Source: Lama guanicoe (lineage: Eukaryota). Taken from it: a DNA stretch of 64,000 nucleotides. Positions 36,111 through 48,387 of the stretch are shown here, piece after piece. The notes beneath the pieces were generated by a model. That model worked only from the letters and a program-made list of their open reading frames with translations. It was not told where the DNA came from and made no database searches. Positions within the stretch are counted from its first letter, which is position 1. Every line of letters begins with the position of its first letter. Position numbers and translations under genes: made by a program. Where the stretch lies: the NCBI GenBank assembly GCA_013239625.1, contig MU057350.1, positions 29,077,611 to 29,141,610 of the forward strand. The letters are read 5' to 3'.

Positions 36111-37479
36111 TCCAGAGGTCCTGTGCTGAGTTTCTCAGTGAAAGATGTTACCACCAATGATGCAAGGTTAAAGGAACTGAGTTTCTAAATTAGATAAAAC
36201 TCACTTTGTTAAGCACAAATGTCCTCACAGCTGTCCAAGGTCACTGTGTGTCAGTCTGACCACGGGAAATTGCTCATTTGAGACGCACACTTGAATCTTT
36301 CTCATTCTGCATTGGCTAAGTTCGCACGTCAAGTTCCTTGCTTTCCAGCCGTGAGTCATGTGGGCCTTGATGAAGGTCAGTGTATAATGATACAACATCT
36401 TGCATGATGACATTTTTCACGATGTGTTTTTCTACCCAAGATTTCTGAAAATCAATCACTCAGTTTTTAAGCTTTTTTTTTTTTTTTTTGAGCTGAAGCT
36501 GAGCAGCTGGATGTTGGAATTTGCCATCCAACCATTCACCCATCCCTAACCTTTAAATGTTTGGAGAGGAAAATGAAAAAGACTGGTGTAAAATAATACA
36601 GTAACCCACAGAATTCATTTAGTTTAATTTATGCTAATTACGGCATATTGGTGTACTGGCAGATAAAAATAAAGCTGGTGGAGAAGATTGCATTGAATAA
36701 ACTGAGACAATTAACCCTCGAAATTATCACGTGAAATGATTTGATCTTGCTACTGAAAATAACAAGCCCAACCAATTGTCTTAACTAGTGATGATTAAAA
36801 AGCTTATTAAATTCTGAGATTTATTTTACATTACCCCTGCGTCCATTGGTCATTTTGTATAATATTTTAATTATAGGGGTTTTTCCTTTCTCTAAATGGT
36901 TAGCACACAAAATTAGAATTTTATTTTATTATTATGTTCAGTTACTTAGCAAAATATATGTAATAGAAGGATAGCAGTCGTGTTATATGTCACAAATGTT
37001 AAGGTGAAATTCTCAGTGACATAAAGTGACCCAAAACATTGTCCTTTGAGTTGTGAGATAATTTGAATTATCAGATTTTATCTCATCAAATTAGCTCCTA
37101 GACTTCCATTTGCAGCTACTGTCCCCTATATTAGATACAAAAGGATTATTATTCATTTTATTATGGAGGTCAAATAAATGGCAATTGTGAATATTTTATC
37201 TAAAAGTATTGCGGACTTTGCCTCATCTTGGATTATTTGCCAAAGTAAAAAAAAAAATCATTTCCCCAGAGGACTGGGGGATATGGAAAAGACAGAATCG
37301 TGACCAGTAAAGGCAGGCGGAACAAACACTGAGCCCCAGCAGCGAACTTTCCAGAACAAGCTGCTTCCTAATGGAGCGATCCTTGTTACCCCATCAGCCA
37401 CGATGTCTCTGAGAAGACTTGCTGTAGATTTTATTTTAGTTTTTTCAATCGAATTATTCACCTAACTATCTCCTCATCA

Positions 37480-37740
37480 TTTTAAATACAGCTCAAAGAA
37501 GTCTCCCCTGATTTTTCCCACTTTTGAGTTAGGTACTTCTTTTAAGCTCCTATAGAAGACCCCTCCTTCTATCTATTCAAACATAAACTTCAGATGTCCA
37601 TGGAATTGCGTCTCCCACTACAGCTTAAGTGACTTAAGGCCAAGAACCACAAGCTTGTTCTTTCTACCTTAAAGACCTAATACGGGGCTTAATACAGAGT
37701 AAGTTCTCCATCAAAAGGCTTGTTGTATGAATAAAGGAAT
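37480..37740 (+). mobile_element. L2 3' remnant
   Basis: GTCTCCCACTACAGCTTAAG..CTTAAGGCCAAGAACC..AGTAAGTTCTC..GAATAAAGGAAT. Confidence 0.55.
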
Positions 37741-38184
37741 ACACAAATTCAGAATGATTTTTACTGGCATTGTTGGAGCCGCTACCATTCAAGAAAAAAA
37801 CCAGTGAATATTTTCTCCAACAGTTTTTAAAGTGGCATCTGAGCTGTTGTCCACAAGATATGCCTGTTTATTTTGTTCACTTAAAAAGCAAATTGATTTT
37901 GCAGTTAGTAGGATAAGTGAAAGATAATCCCATATGTCTTTTATGACTGTCATTTTTAAAGTAAGATTGCTGATTTCTCTTTAACTCACATCTGATTGGC
38001 GAGAGGGGACTAGACTAATCAAAGAAGCTCATGCAACAGACTCATAGACCATTAACTATTATGTGTTACAAACTGTCCTACAGAGTCAGGGAAACAGCAA
38101 TGGGCCAGATCGACCCTGACACTGACTTTGCAGAGTTTACAATCGTTCAAGGAACCATATAGTGTATGGTGAGGGCTAACACAT

Positions 38185-38612
38185 TGCTCAGCTATCATCA
38201 CAATATTGTTGCATAGCACCAAACCGAGTGTCTTAAAACAGCAACCATTTATTTTTGCTTCATGGGTCTGTGCTAGACTTGGGCAGCTCGGTGTCAGGCT
38301 CAGGTTGGCCAGGCTTGGCTCAGGGTTCAATGCGCCTCATTCTCCTTAGAAGAGCCGCTTTCATCATCTTGTTCTCATTTTTCTCAATTGCCAGAGGAGA
38401 AGGAGAGAGAGGAGATGCGCTCTGCCTCCTGAGACTTCAGCCCACTTTCTTTTGGTCAAGGATGTCACATGGTCATGCCCAACCTCAAAGTGTGGAAAAA
38501 ATACACCCCACCCACTCCGTCAGATCTGGCAGAGTCAGATCCCACACGGTGGAACGTGTGATTCTAATACAGGGAGGGCATGAAGAAGTGTGGACACAGA
38601 TTCAATCTACCG
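38185..38612 (-). mobile_element. MaLR solo LTR (MLT1G/H-like)
   Basis: CTTAAAACAGCAACCATTTATT; TTGGTCAAGGATGTCACATGGTCATGCCCAACCTCAA; CAATCTACC. Confidence 0.75.
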
Positions 38613-39484
38613 TGGCGGGGTTGGTGGGGGCGGGGCAGGGAAGGCTCCAGACTGGCTCTAGTCTTTACAACTTTGTAAATTATACCTGATGGTGTTTAAA
38701 TAAACTGTGAAAAGAGCTTATACAATTATTTCACAACTAGCAACAGCATTCATGATACTCTTATTATATAGGTGGGAAACTTGAGTAAGTTAAAGATCAT
38801 CGTGTAGGTAGGTAAAATTTCCTCTTAAACCAATGATCCTTATGCACACACACATACACAAATAAAAGTCAATAAAATCATAGGTAGAATCACAGAGTCC
38901 CAGACCTAGAGGAACATGTGGGACCCCTCCAGGTCCTCTGGAATGTTACCTCTTCATCTTTATTTTCCATCTGCCTGTCTTAGTGTTTCATTAGAGTCAT
39001 TGTTAAGAGAGCTGTCTGTGGCTTCCCCGTGTAGGGGAGATTGGAATCTATGTCCTTGTCCTCCCCACAAAGTGCCCAGCCTTGCAGGCATCATTTTCTA
39101 CTCATATTTGATCAAAGGTTTTCGTTATGGGACTGCATCTCTGACCTTGAGACTAGACATTAAACCAGAGGCCCAATCCATCATTTGAAAACTTTCCCTT
39201 ACTTTGAACTTTAGCCAAGATTTAGTCTTTAACTACAAATCATACAAGCTATGTGAACAGATGTGTATAAAGAGCAGGTGGGGACATAAGGGTGAAGATA
39301 AGCAGAGACGTGTGCAGCGTGCTTTTGATTTTATTATCTACTCCCCAGTTAGGCAGGGCATTTGTGGGCAGGTTAGTTCATCAAAAATAACCATAAACAA
39401 TAATTGTTTGTTAGTTAATTAGTTAAACCCCCTTTTCTAACAATTACAATAACAACAATCATCATCATCATCATCATGCAGCTC

Positions 39485-39905
39485 TAGAGATGGATAATAT
39501 GGAGTCGCAAGCAAAAGAAAATAACCCTGCTTAATTTAAACAAAAGGCAATGTATCAGAAGACTGTAAGGAAACTCTGGAATTGATAGAAAAAGAACAGA
39601 CCTTACCAGAGACTGGAGGAAGCAGAAGTCACAGTGATGCTCTCACACAGGAAGACTTGCTTACGCGCCATTGCTGGAATGAATGAATGCCATGTTTTTC
39701 CGTCTTGTTGACTATGCTCATGATTCAGATTTCAGGGAAGAGGTATCTGCTTGGCTTTGTGTGGGGCACTTGGCTGGGGAGATAAAGGGCGCCCAATTAA
39801 CAGTCCCACCAAATACATCCAACTGGAAGAAGTCCCTCCCTCAAGGAAATAATGATTCTAGTAGATGGAGAAACGTTTGCTGGGAAAACACAAACTAAGG
39901 ACTGT
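39485..39905 (-). mobile_element. old MaLR LTR (MLT1K/L/N-like)
   Basis: GTCGCAAGCAAAAGAAA..CTAATTTAAACAAAAGG; GATTCAGATTTCAGGGAAGAG.TATCTG.TTGG. Confidence 0.55.
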
Positions 39906-41789
39906 CCGCCACGCTAACACGGTAAATCCTTACTATGTTTTGGGTGCTGTACGTAATTTGTATTTCTTTTTCAAAAGATCTGCGAATTGCTGGTATTATT
40001 CCTTCCACACAAATGAGTGACAGCAGCAAGGATAATGTGCACAATATATTGACTGTATCCTGAATGTCAGGCTTATGTGGGTGACAAACTTGGCATAGAA
40101 GAAAAAGGAATGTCAGACAAGTTAAACATTTTGCTACCCCATTCTCAAAATAGCAGCAGTCTGACAAACTCCAAGGTCTACTTTTAATAACATGCTGAGG
40201 ATCAGAGGAGTTAACTAACTTGCCCAAGGCTGCACAGCCAGTAAGTGGTAGCAATGACTGTCTTGTTCTAAACCTCTCCTCATATGTCCAAGTGCTCAGT
40301 GTCCATCAGATGACAGTGAATGTAAACTGGCCGTGACAATGGTTTTACTGACACACCAACAGACCACTAGTACTGCCCCCCAGGGAGTTCCCTGTCCCTC
40401 CCACACACCACACCCATTCTGGCCCCAGCATGTGTACATAGCTCTTTCCCCCTGGAATATTCTATTCCAGATCCTTCTATGGTTGATTTCTCAGCCTCCA
40501 AGATTCTGCTTAAATAGTAGCTCCCCCTTTAGAAGGCTCATCTCTGGTTTCCCAATTTCATGCAGCCTCCTGCACTTACTCTTGACCACAGCATCCTCTT
40601 GTAGCTGATGCTGTCCTCATTCCTCCCTAAAATGACCCTTCCTCCATTGCTTAGAGCAGGGCTCAGCACATAAGAAGATGCTGAATAAATGCGGGTTAGC
40701 TGACACTCAGAATAGAGGGACACATAGGCAGGACAAGGAGCCCAGGCTCTGTGATCTGGAATGACTGCCTGGAAGATGCCACGTTTACACCTCACCATTC
40801 AGAATGAGTAGAAGGAAGGAGGTGGGGAAGGGAGTTTTCCATACAGAAGAACTGTTTGCATCAGACATGAATGAAGGGAGAGAGAGCACAGTGGGCATTC
40901 AAGGACTCGGAGCAATTCAATATGGGAGAGTGGGAGTGATAGGGTGTGAAAGGTCAAGAGCAGTCACTAGTAGCCTCTTAAGTCACAGTAAGGAGTGAGG
41001 CTCTGGCCAAGTTACCAGTGTCCGTATGTGGACGTGTGTCTGTGCAAACTCTGCCAGCATGTGGCCTCCATCAGTCCCCACACAGTCCAAGAAGGCACCT
41101 GATCTCAGCAGCCATCCTTTCCTCTCCTGATGAATGAAGTAGACACGAGGAGTAGGATGCTAACCCACCCACAGGCTGTGCGGGGGGAGAGGCACTTGAC
41201 CAGGAGAATAAAGTCCAACAAAGCTTAGAACACAATAGAAGCTTCTTTCATCTTCATTTTGTCCTTATTTACCTCTTAAAACTACCCTGGGAGAGAGAAG
41301 ACATTGAATAAGAGGGACAGGTGGAAACTTAAGTGTCGCCTTTTGAAACACTGCCCGTGGGCACGTTCAGGTGATTGAGGCGGAGGGCGAGTAGAGTTGA
41401 GGGGACGGCAGGGGATGGGAGAATTCAGGGCATTTTCAGTTTGGATTCCTTTATTGCGTGGATCCTTCTTAGGAAATACATTGATAACCAAGGAGAGAAC
41501 TTTCCAAGTTCACGCCAAGTTTGGGACTTGAATATCTCAAACCAAATGGGAATAAAATATTTGAAACTCAAAGGGTTGGATATTTCAGATCTTTTCTCCT
41601 TTTGATCTTTTCCCAGCAGCCCTCCATAAAGACTTCTTTCTCTTGAAGTAACTATGGTCTTTGTTTTCTTTTTTCCCTTCTCACTTCCAGATTTCTAGAA
41701 TTTCAAGAATTACAGACCTTTTGAGCTGTCGATTCTTCCTTTTATAAGACAGAGACAGGGTGCTGAAATAGGAGAGGCATAAATAGCAG

Positions 41790-42060
41790 TGGCGAGAACG
41801 ATAGTAATAGCGATGGTAATAATAATAGTACTAGTAATGGCAATGGTAGTAGTAATAGTAGTAACAGAAATTGCAACAGTAATAGCCAGGTTGCGTTGAT
41901 GACTATATTCTAGGCAATTTACATATATTATCTTCCGTAATTGTCACTGAAAGTCTGCAATTTCCCCTGGCTTATAGATGAAGTAAACAAGACATAGAAA
42001 TGTTAAATAACGTATCACACAGCCAGAAATAAGTGTAAGACCAGGACCAGCTCCCTGGCG
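41790..42060 (-). mobile_element. MIR remnant with an expanded degenerate trinucleotide (AAT/AGT-like) tail
   Basis: Periodic ATAGTAATAGCGATGGTAATAATAATAGTA.., then TTATAGATGAAGTAAAC..GTTAAATAAC..TCACACAGCCAG. Confidence 0.65.
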
Positions 42061-42649
42061 GCATGAACACCACAACCATGCAGCCCACAGGCTATAGCTG
42101 CTTCCAGGAAGTGAGGCAGGCATGAGGAACTCCTGGCTCTGCCCCTTGTTGGATATATGACTTCTGGAAGGTGACTTTGTTCCTCTGTGATGCAATCACC
42201 TCATCTACAAAGTGGGGGCAGCCATGGGAGTCAGGAGCCCAGCCTTCTAGGTGCCGTACATGTGGAGTAGGGACTCGCTCTAGGCTGGCTGCCACGACCA
42301 CCTTATCGTTTTCTGTTCTGATGAGGAAACCATGGCAGGGGTGAGCCCATGACTGGTTCAAAGTCCTGGGGCTGCCAGGCAGGTCTCAGGCATTCAGTCC
42401 ACTCTACTCTTTTGTCATCCTCTTTGCTTCACTTTTGGGAGCAGAATGGGTGACGGGGCTGTCCATAGACAGTTGTGATGCTTGTCAGTGGAAAGGGGGT
42501 CTGCTGGGTATTTAGGTATGTGCTGTGGAGGCTGTGGCTGCCCAGTGTGGATTCTCGTAGAATCAGAATAAACCCTCTGGAGAGGCCATTCAATTTGCTC
42601 CACATGGTTATTGAGAAGATTTTATTTTGCTTTTCGCTTGCCAGCTACT

Positions 42650-42885
42650 CTGAGGAAAAAGTGGCATCGTGGAAAGGAAACATTGTACTCCCTGCCTTGG
42701 TTCGAATTCCATCTCGGCTACTTCCTGGTGGTGTAACCTTGGGTCATTCGTTAGCTCCTCTGCGAGTCAGGCTTCTCAGCAGTAAAATGGAACTAATAAG
42801 AGTTCCTCCCTCACAGGACTGTTCTGAGTAACAAATGAGTTAATATATATAAAACACACTTAACGCAAAATGAGAGCTGTTTATA
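42650..42885 (+). mobile_element. MIR SINE
   Basis: GGTTCGAATTCC..CTACTTCCTGG..GTAACCTTGGG..AGTAAAATGG..CCTCACAGGACTGTTCTGAG..AATGAGTTAATATATATAAA. Confidence 0.85.
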
Positions 42886-43494
42886 TTCGTCGTGCACGAT
42901 ATTGGCTGAGATTTGCTCTCTCATTTGTCCCTTTACTTGTGGAAGCTGATGAGGACATTTATTCTTATCTATTCAGCAGGGGGCTTTAACTTTCTTCATG
43001 AAGTCATTACCTAGACTGTTTTTGTATTCAGACCGGTACAGGAGATGTCAGAAGTGATTACTTTCACTTATGAGCCAATGAGATTTTGTTTTCCCCTCAA
43101 GTCCTCCCACTTTGTGTATTTATACAAGACCCTGGGAAGACAGCGTGTCTCCTTCCAATTCAAGACCATCTTTGCAGGTATGACGTGATCGAATACGAAC
43201 TACCATTTGAAATGGAACAAACACCGTGATCTTTTTTAACTCGCTGGGAGTTTCTGGTGGGAAAGCATGTAGTAGTTGTTCCTCAGGTCAGAGTATGTTT
43301 AGGGGTAGATGAGATATGTGGTTGGGTTTTTCCCTAAGACGTTAGGAACATCTCAGGATGAGGATGGCTTCTGACATGGCAACCAAGAGTTTTTAACACA
43401 CAGTAGAAGGAGCTCGTACATTTGGGGTTACCCCAAGGGTCATCTTTATGGAATTTAACATTTCCAGAGGGACGATAAGAAGTTGACCATTCGT

Positions 43495-43638
43495 TAGTAT
43501 TGCCAGATAGAAATCAGGGCACCAATGCAATATTTGAGACATATTTACACTAAAATTAATCATTGTTTACCCGAAATCCTAATTTAGCTGAGTGTTCTGC
43601 ATTTTTTCTTCTTCTTTTTGCAAAATCTGGCAACCCTA
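43495..43638. mobile_element. MER53 hAT MITE with an internal deletion of one arm
   Basis: TIRs TAGTATTGCCAGAT / ATCTGGCAACCCTA; 8-bp TSD CCATTCGT (43487-43494) / CCATTCAT (43639-43646). Confidence 0.85.
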
Positions 43639-44622
43639 CCATTCATGTGTCCTCAGTGGAGGCAGCATCAGCCATCTTGGGAACAGAGTGCATCATGGGA
43701 ATTCTAGTCTCCCAGGTACTTCTGTTGATTTTCCCCCCAGAGAAGAGAGAAGTGAGCAATAAAAGGCTGCAGTTTTTCTTTGGAGTAATGATCATTTTAA
43801 GCTATAAATCTCTCTCTGGCCTTTTCCTCCCTTGCTCCTCTTCTCTGTAGTTTTTATTTTTGAAGGTTGGAATTACTGCCTTATTTCTCACACGGTTCTT
43901 AGTGCAGTGCCTTTCTGTTTCTAGGTGTTCTATAAACCACTCCATCTGCAACACCCTCCATGGGAACATAGCTCTATTTGCATAACGGATGTTGGTACAA
44001 GACCGTCATATACCTAATTACATAATAAAAGTCAGTGGGAAATTGCATTGATATACAGAACTTGTCTCACAGGCAAACTCACAGAAGTACATCCTATGAA
44101 CTGGAAGGAAATACTTATTACTTGATAACATCACCAGAGAATAAAATCTGTGCCAGAATTTACTATACAATTAGTTAGTGATGATCCTTATCATGAAGTG
44201 TTGGTTTGATTTTGGATCGAAAAGATTGGCAGAATCTGTTATTTCAAATGTGCTCACTTTATTACCAAGTCACGAGGAAACACCAGGAGACAGTGTTTGG
44301 CTCTGTATTAGGAGGAACTAACTCACACTAAAGATGAAGAATGTGCAGACCAGGAAGGTGCCATCATTTCTGGCCCTTGACCCCTGTGCATGCTGTACCC
44401 ACAGTTCCTTTTGAACAGATGAATAAAAAGTTGTTTAACAATATAAAAGATTGCCTCTTCAAATAGGAAACTCAACTCCTGTGGAGGCTGAGGGAGAAGC
44501 TGGCTGATCTTCTGTCAGAGATATCAATGAAGAGATTCTGTCATTCACTAGAAAGTTTTCCTTGACTTTCTATAAGGGCCCTCTTAATGCCAAGATTCTA
44601 GGAATTTTGACTTTCACTTGAC

Positions 44623-44981
44623 TACTATAGACTGAATGTTTATGCCCCTCCAAATTCACATGTGAAAAGCTAATCCCCAGTGCCATGGTATTNNNNNNNN
44701 NNNNNNNNNNNNNNNNNNNNNNNNNNNNNNNNNNNNNNNNNNNNNNNNNNNNNNNNNNNNNNNNNNNNNNNNNNNNNNNNNNNNNNNNNNNNNNNNNNNN
44801 NNNNNNNNNNNNNNNNNNNNNNNNNNNNNNNNNNNNNNNNNNNNNNNNNNNNNNNNNNNNNNNNNNNNNNNNNNNNNNNNNNNNNNNNNNNNNNNNNNNN
44901 NNNNNNNNNNNNNNNNNNNNNNNNNNNNNNNNNNNNNNNNNNNNNNNNNNNNNNNNNNNNNNNNNNNNNNNNNCTAAGGCA
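44623..44981 (+). mobile_element. MLT1A/B-like LTR spanning the assembly gap
   Basis: 5' end TACTATAGACTGAATGTTTATGCCCCTCCAAATTCACATG before the gap; 3' end-like CTAAGGCA after it. Confidence 0.65.
44693..44973. other. assembly gap (281 N)
   Basis: Run of N. Confidence 1.
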
Positions 44982-45029
44982 ATAATTTTGTTCTTGATGA
45001 GAACACTATGATGTTTATTATATGAAAAA

Positions 45030-45885
45030 TAAATCATTGCCTAGGAACCACAAAAAAAAATAATACGTTTGCATTTATACAACTCAAAAACCTCTGTATA
45101 GCAGATAAAAATACACTAATAAATAAATGTAAAATAAATAAGTGAAAAAAAAAAAAAGACAAACCAGGAAGAAATATTTGCAATGTGAATCATAAAGCAA
45201 ATTTCCTCAATTTACAAAGAACCCACGGAGAAGAATAAGAAAAAAGATGAATAACCCAAGAGAATAAAGGGCAAAGGATGTGAAAAGACAGTTCAGAAAG
45301 GAATGCAAATAGCCAATAAACATAAGAAAAGATGCTCCACATCATTCATAGTTAAAGAAATGCAAATCAAACAGAACAAGGAGAAATCTATCAGATTGAC
45401 AAACTAAAAGTCTGGTAATACAGGGGAACTATGAGGTATATGGAAAAAGCATTATTATAATTACCCACCGGGAGCATAAAAGAGTTCAAACAGCAGCATC
45501 GTTTTTGAGGATAATTTGGCAACATCTATCAAAATTATATTGCTTGTATTATTTTAATCCAATCACTTCATCCCCAGGAATTTTCTTCACTAATATGGTG
45601 CCCAGTGTATCAAGATACATATTTATGATGTTCGGTAAAGTGATGTTTCGAATTACCAAAAAATAAAGAAAAACAAAACAAAAATGATCTGTCACCAGAA
45701 AACTGGGTAAATAAAAATAAACTCTGTGCAATTCAATTGGATGAAAACAATAAATAACTGGGTAGGTCTGCATGTGCTTATGTGAAAAACTATCCAAGAT
45801 ATATTAACAGAAAAATGTAGAACATAGGACAGTACATAAATTATGATCCATTTTGTTTTAATATGAAAAAAGAATGTGCATACGC
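45030..45885 (+). mobile_element. old L1 (L1ME-like) ORF2-end and 3' UTR remnant
   Basis: GGGCAAAGGATGTGAAAAGACAGTTC; CAAATAGCCAATAAACATAAGAAAAGATGCTC; AAAGAAATGCAAATCAAA. Confidence 0.85.
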
Positions 45886-46139
45886 AAAAGGGAACTCATT
45901 TTTTAACTACTATTTACTCAATGCCAACAGCATTCCAAGTGCTGTTGTAGGTGCCAGCACTGTGATGGGGAACAAATTTCTATCACATCATTTTGTTTTA
46001 TTTTCTTTACATTACTTACCACTGCTTGAGTCAACCTTATTAATGTAGATCTGGCTTTCTGTCTGCTCCTAATAGAATGTCAAATTGAGAACAGGGACTT
46101 TATCTTGCCCGCCAGTCTATCCCCAACACTGTGCTGAGG

Positions 46140-46640
46140 GCTCAAGGAAGCCTCCCTGTGGAGGGAGGTAGGGGCGGGGACAGGAATGAAAACAGTGCCC
46201 ACCGTGTGCTCAGGGAAATGAGGGTTCAGGCGGAGGGAGGCAAGCACAAAACCCCTAAGGCAGGAGCGCGGGTGGTAGATTTGAGAAGAGCAAGGAGGCC
46301 AGTGAGGGTGGAGGAGGAGAAGGGAAGGAGACACAGGTGGCATCAGACAGGTGACCAGAGGCCAGGTCCCATCGGGGGAGTCTCAGAGGCCATGGAGGGG
46401 AGTTGGCTACACCTTTCAAGTTTCATAGGGAATCATAGGAAAGTTTTAAGTGGAGGAGTGACTTGATTTGATTTATATTTTTCAAAAGTCCTTCCAATGC
46501 TGTGTGAAGGATGCAAAAGGGGGCCAGAGGGGCAGCAAAGAGAGCAGTCAGGGGTGACTGCTGTGGTCCAGGGGAGAAACTCTGGCGGGCCAGGGAGAGC
46601 CTCCCAGAGCATGCAGTAGTTTAGCTGATTTGGAGAGAGA
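46140..46640 (-). mobile_element. L2 remnant
   Basis: TTTGAGAAGAGCAAGGAGGCCAGTG..GGAAAGTTTTAAG..GGAGTGAC.TGATTTGATTTATATTT. Confidence 0.75.
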
Positions 46641-48063
46641 GATAGAGGTTAGTTATTTGCAGGTGGAGGAGGAGGTAATCAATCCAAGCAGACGGAGCTG
46701 CATGTCTCTAGCCTTGAGGCGCAAAGCATCCCGGCGCTGTAATAAGGAGCTTCGGCTTGGCAGCGTGAGATTACGCATGTGGAGAAAAGCACCTGCCGCA
46801 GGCAGAGGCCACAGGTAGCTGTCAGTCGTGCATATAGTTTGTGCTCAACAAATGTTTTCTGATGGTTGAATTGAAAGTGATGTATTTGGGGAAGAAATAA
46901 GTGTGAATAACTGAATGTATTGGGGGAGGGTATAGTTCTACTGGGGCAGACACAAGGTGTGGTTTAAAGCCGAAATTATGTAAAAACTTGTAATTCAATG
47001 TTACTCAGGATGGAAATAGAATGCTTGGCAGTCCCCGAGGCTCGCGCCGAGCTTGGCCACAGCGATTTCTGTGGAGACTGTCCGTTTCCACACTCCTTCA
47101 CCGCTGTGAAGACTGGCCTGGCTGGTTAACTAGAGAAGTGAGCTCAAACCCGACTGATATTAGAATGACCTGGGTGACTTTTTTTTTTTTTCCAAATACA
47201 CATCTGTTGACTGAATCAGAAACAGTCTGGGTGGACCTTAAGTATCTGTATTTTTTTTTAAAGCTCTGCATGTGAGTCTAATACAGTTGTCTGGGCCGAG
47301 GGGAGCACCTGATGGCAGTATAGTGGCCAAGGTCATGTAGACCCATCCTGGAAGGGGATTGATAGCTTCTCTTAAAAGGACTTTTTCACAACCAGAGATG
47401 GCACAAAATGACACCCTGATTGGCTGACACAGGTAATGGACCGCTTCCACGACCAAGCTACAGTAGATAAAGGCCTTTGACGAATGGGTCTGTGGTCATG
47501 CTGGGGGATTCCAGTGCCTTTGGCCACTCCCCACTTCATCAGCTCTGCCTCACCCTGGAATCATAGCCCTGGTTTCTACAGGGCCAAAACCAGGCTGTGG
47601 AGAGACAACCCAATCTGATTCTTGGAGCAGACTTAATTTTTTCATCTTTAGTAATGCCTTCAAAGAAAAATGTCTTAATGTAAATGGTGACTTTGATTGT
47701 TTTTGTTTCATTTTGTCAGAGTAACATTAGTTCATTACTGAAATGTCAGCCTCTTGCAGGGTTTGAGCTGCCCCAGTGAAAAGGACGGTGGAGAAACTGG
47801 CTTCTAGGCTCCACAACATCCCACTGTGTGCGGCAGAAAAATGTTTGCTTTCTGCCTAGGGGCCTGTGAAGGTTCACAAACACCATCAAGTGCCCTCAAC
47901 CATGCAGAAGCGCTGAGAAGGCCCTCTGTCCTACAGCTGGTCCCACTGTCCTTTCCATCCCTTCTCTCCCCAAGGGCTTTGCTGCCCAGAGTCATCCTAT
48001 AACTGCCTGAGAGTCGCGTCAGGGGTCCCATTGCTCAGATGTCACCATATTAGTGACCCAATC

Positions 48064-48387
48064 CAGGGAGGACCAACTACAGCCCTGGGCCCGTCAGACC
48101 CACCCTGTCTTTGTGAATGGCTGTCAAGCTAAGAATGGTTTTTACATTTTAGATGCTTGGGGGAAAAATTAAAAGAAGAATACGATTTGACAGCACGTGA
48201 AAGTTATATGAACTGGGAACTTCAGCGTCCATACATGAAGTCCTACCGGCCCACAGCCGGGCCCAGGCTTGTGCGCGTCGTCTCTGGCTGCTTTCCCGCC
48301 GCGAGGGCGGACTGGAGAGACCTCCCGGCCCGCCGCGCCTGAGATGCTTCTGCTTGGCCCTTCATAGGAAACATTTACCAGCCTCTG
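48064..48387. mobile_element. MER58B-like hAT-Charlie element with a GC/CpG-enriched distal half
   Basis: AAGCTAAGAATGGTTTTTACATTTT..AAAAGAAGAATA..CACGTGAAA.TTATATGAA; distal half aligns to the MER58 copy at 59300-59528. Confidence 0.85.

Noticed and set aside
42102-42112. Isolated GAS/ETS motif TTCCAGGAAGT
   Set aside because: A single short motif is expected by chance in 64 kb and has no supporting context.
44570-45037. ORFs spanning N runs (also 58911-59258)
   Set aside because: Artefacts of translating assembly gaps.
46921-46940. GGGGAGGGTATAG resembling a Vic-1 SINE start
   Set aside because: Similarity stops after about 13 bp, with no B box, tail or TSD.
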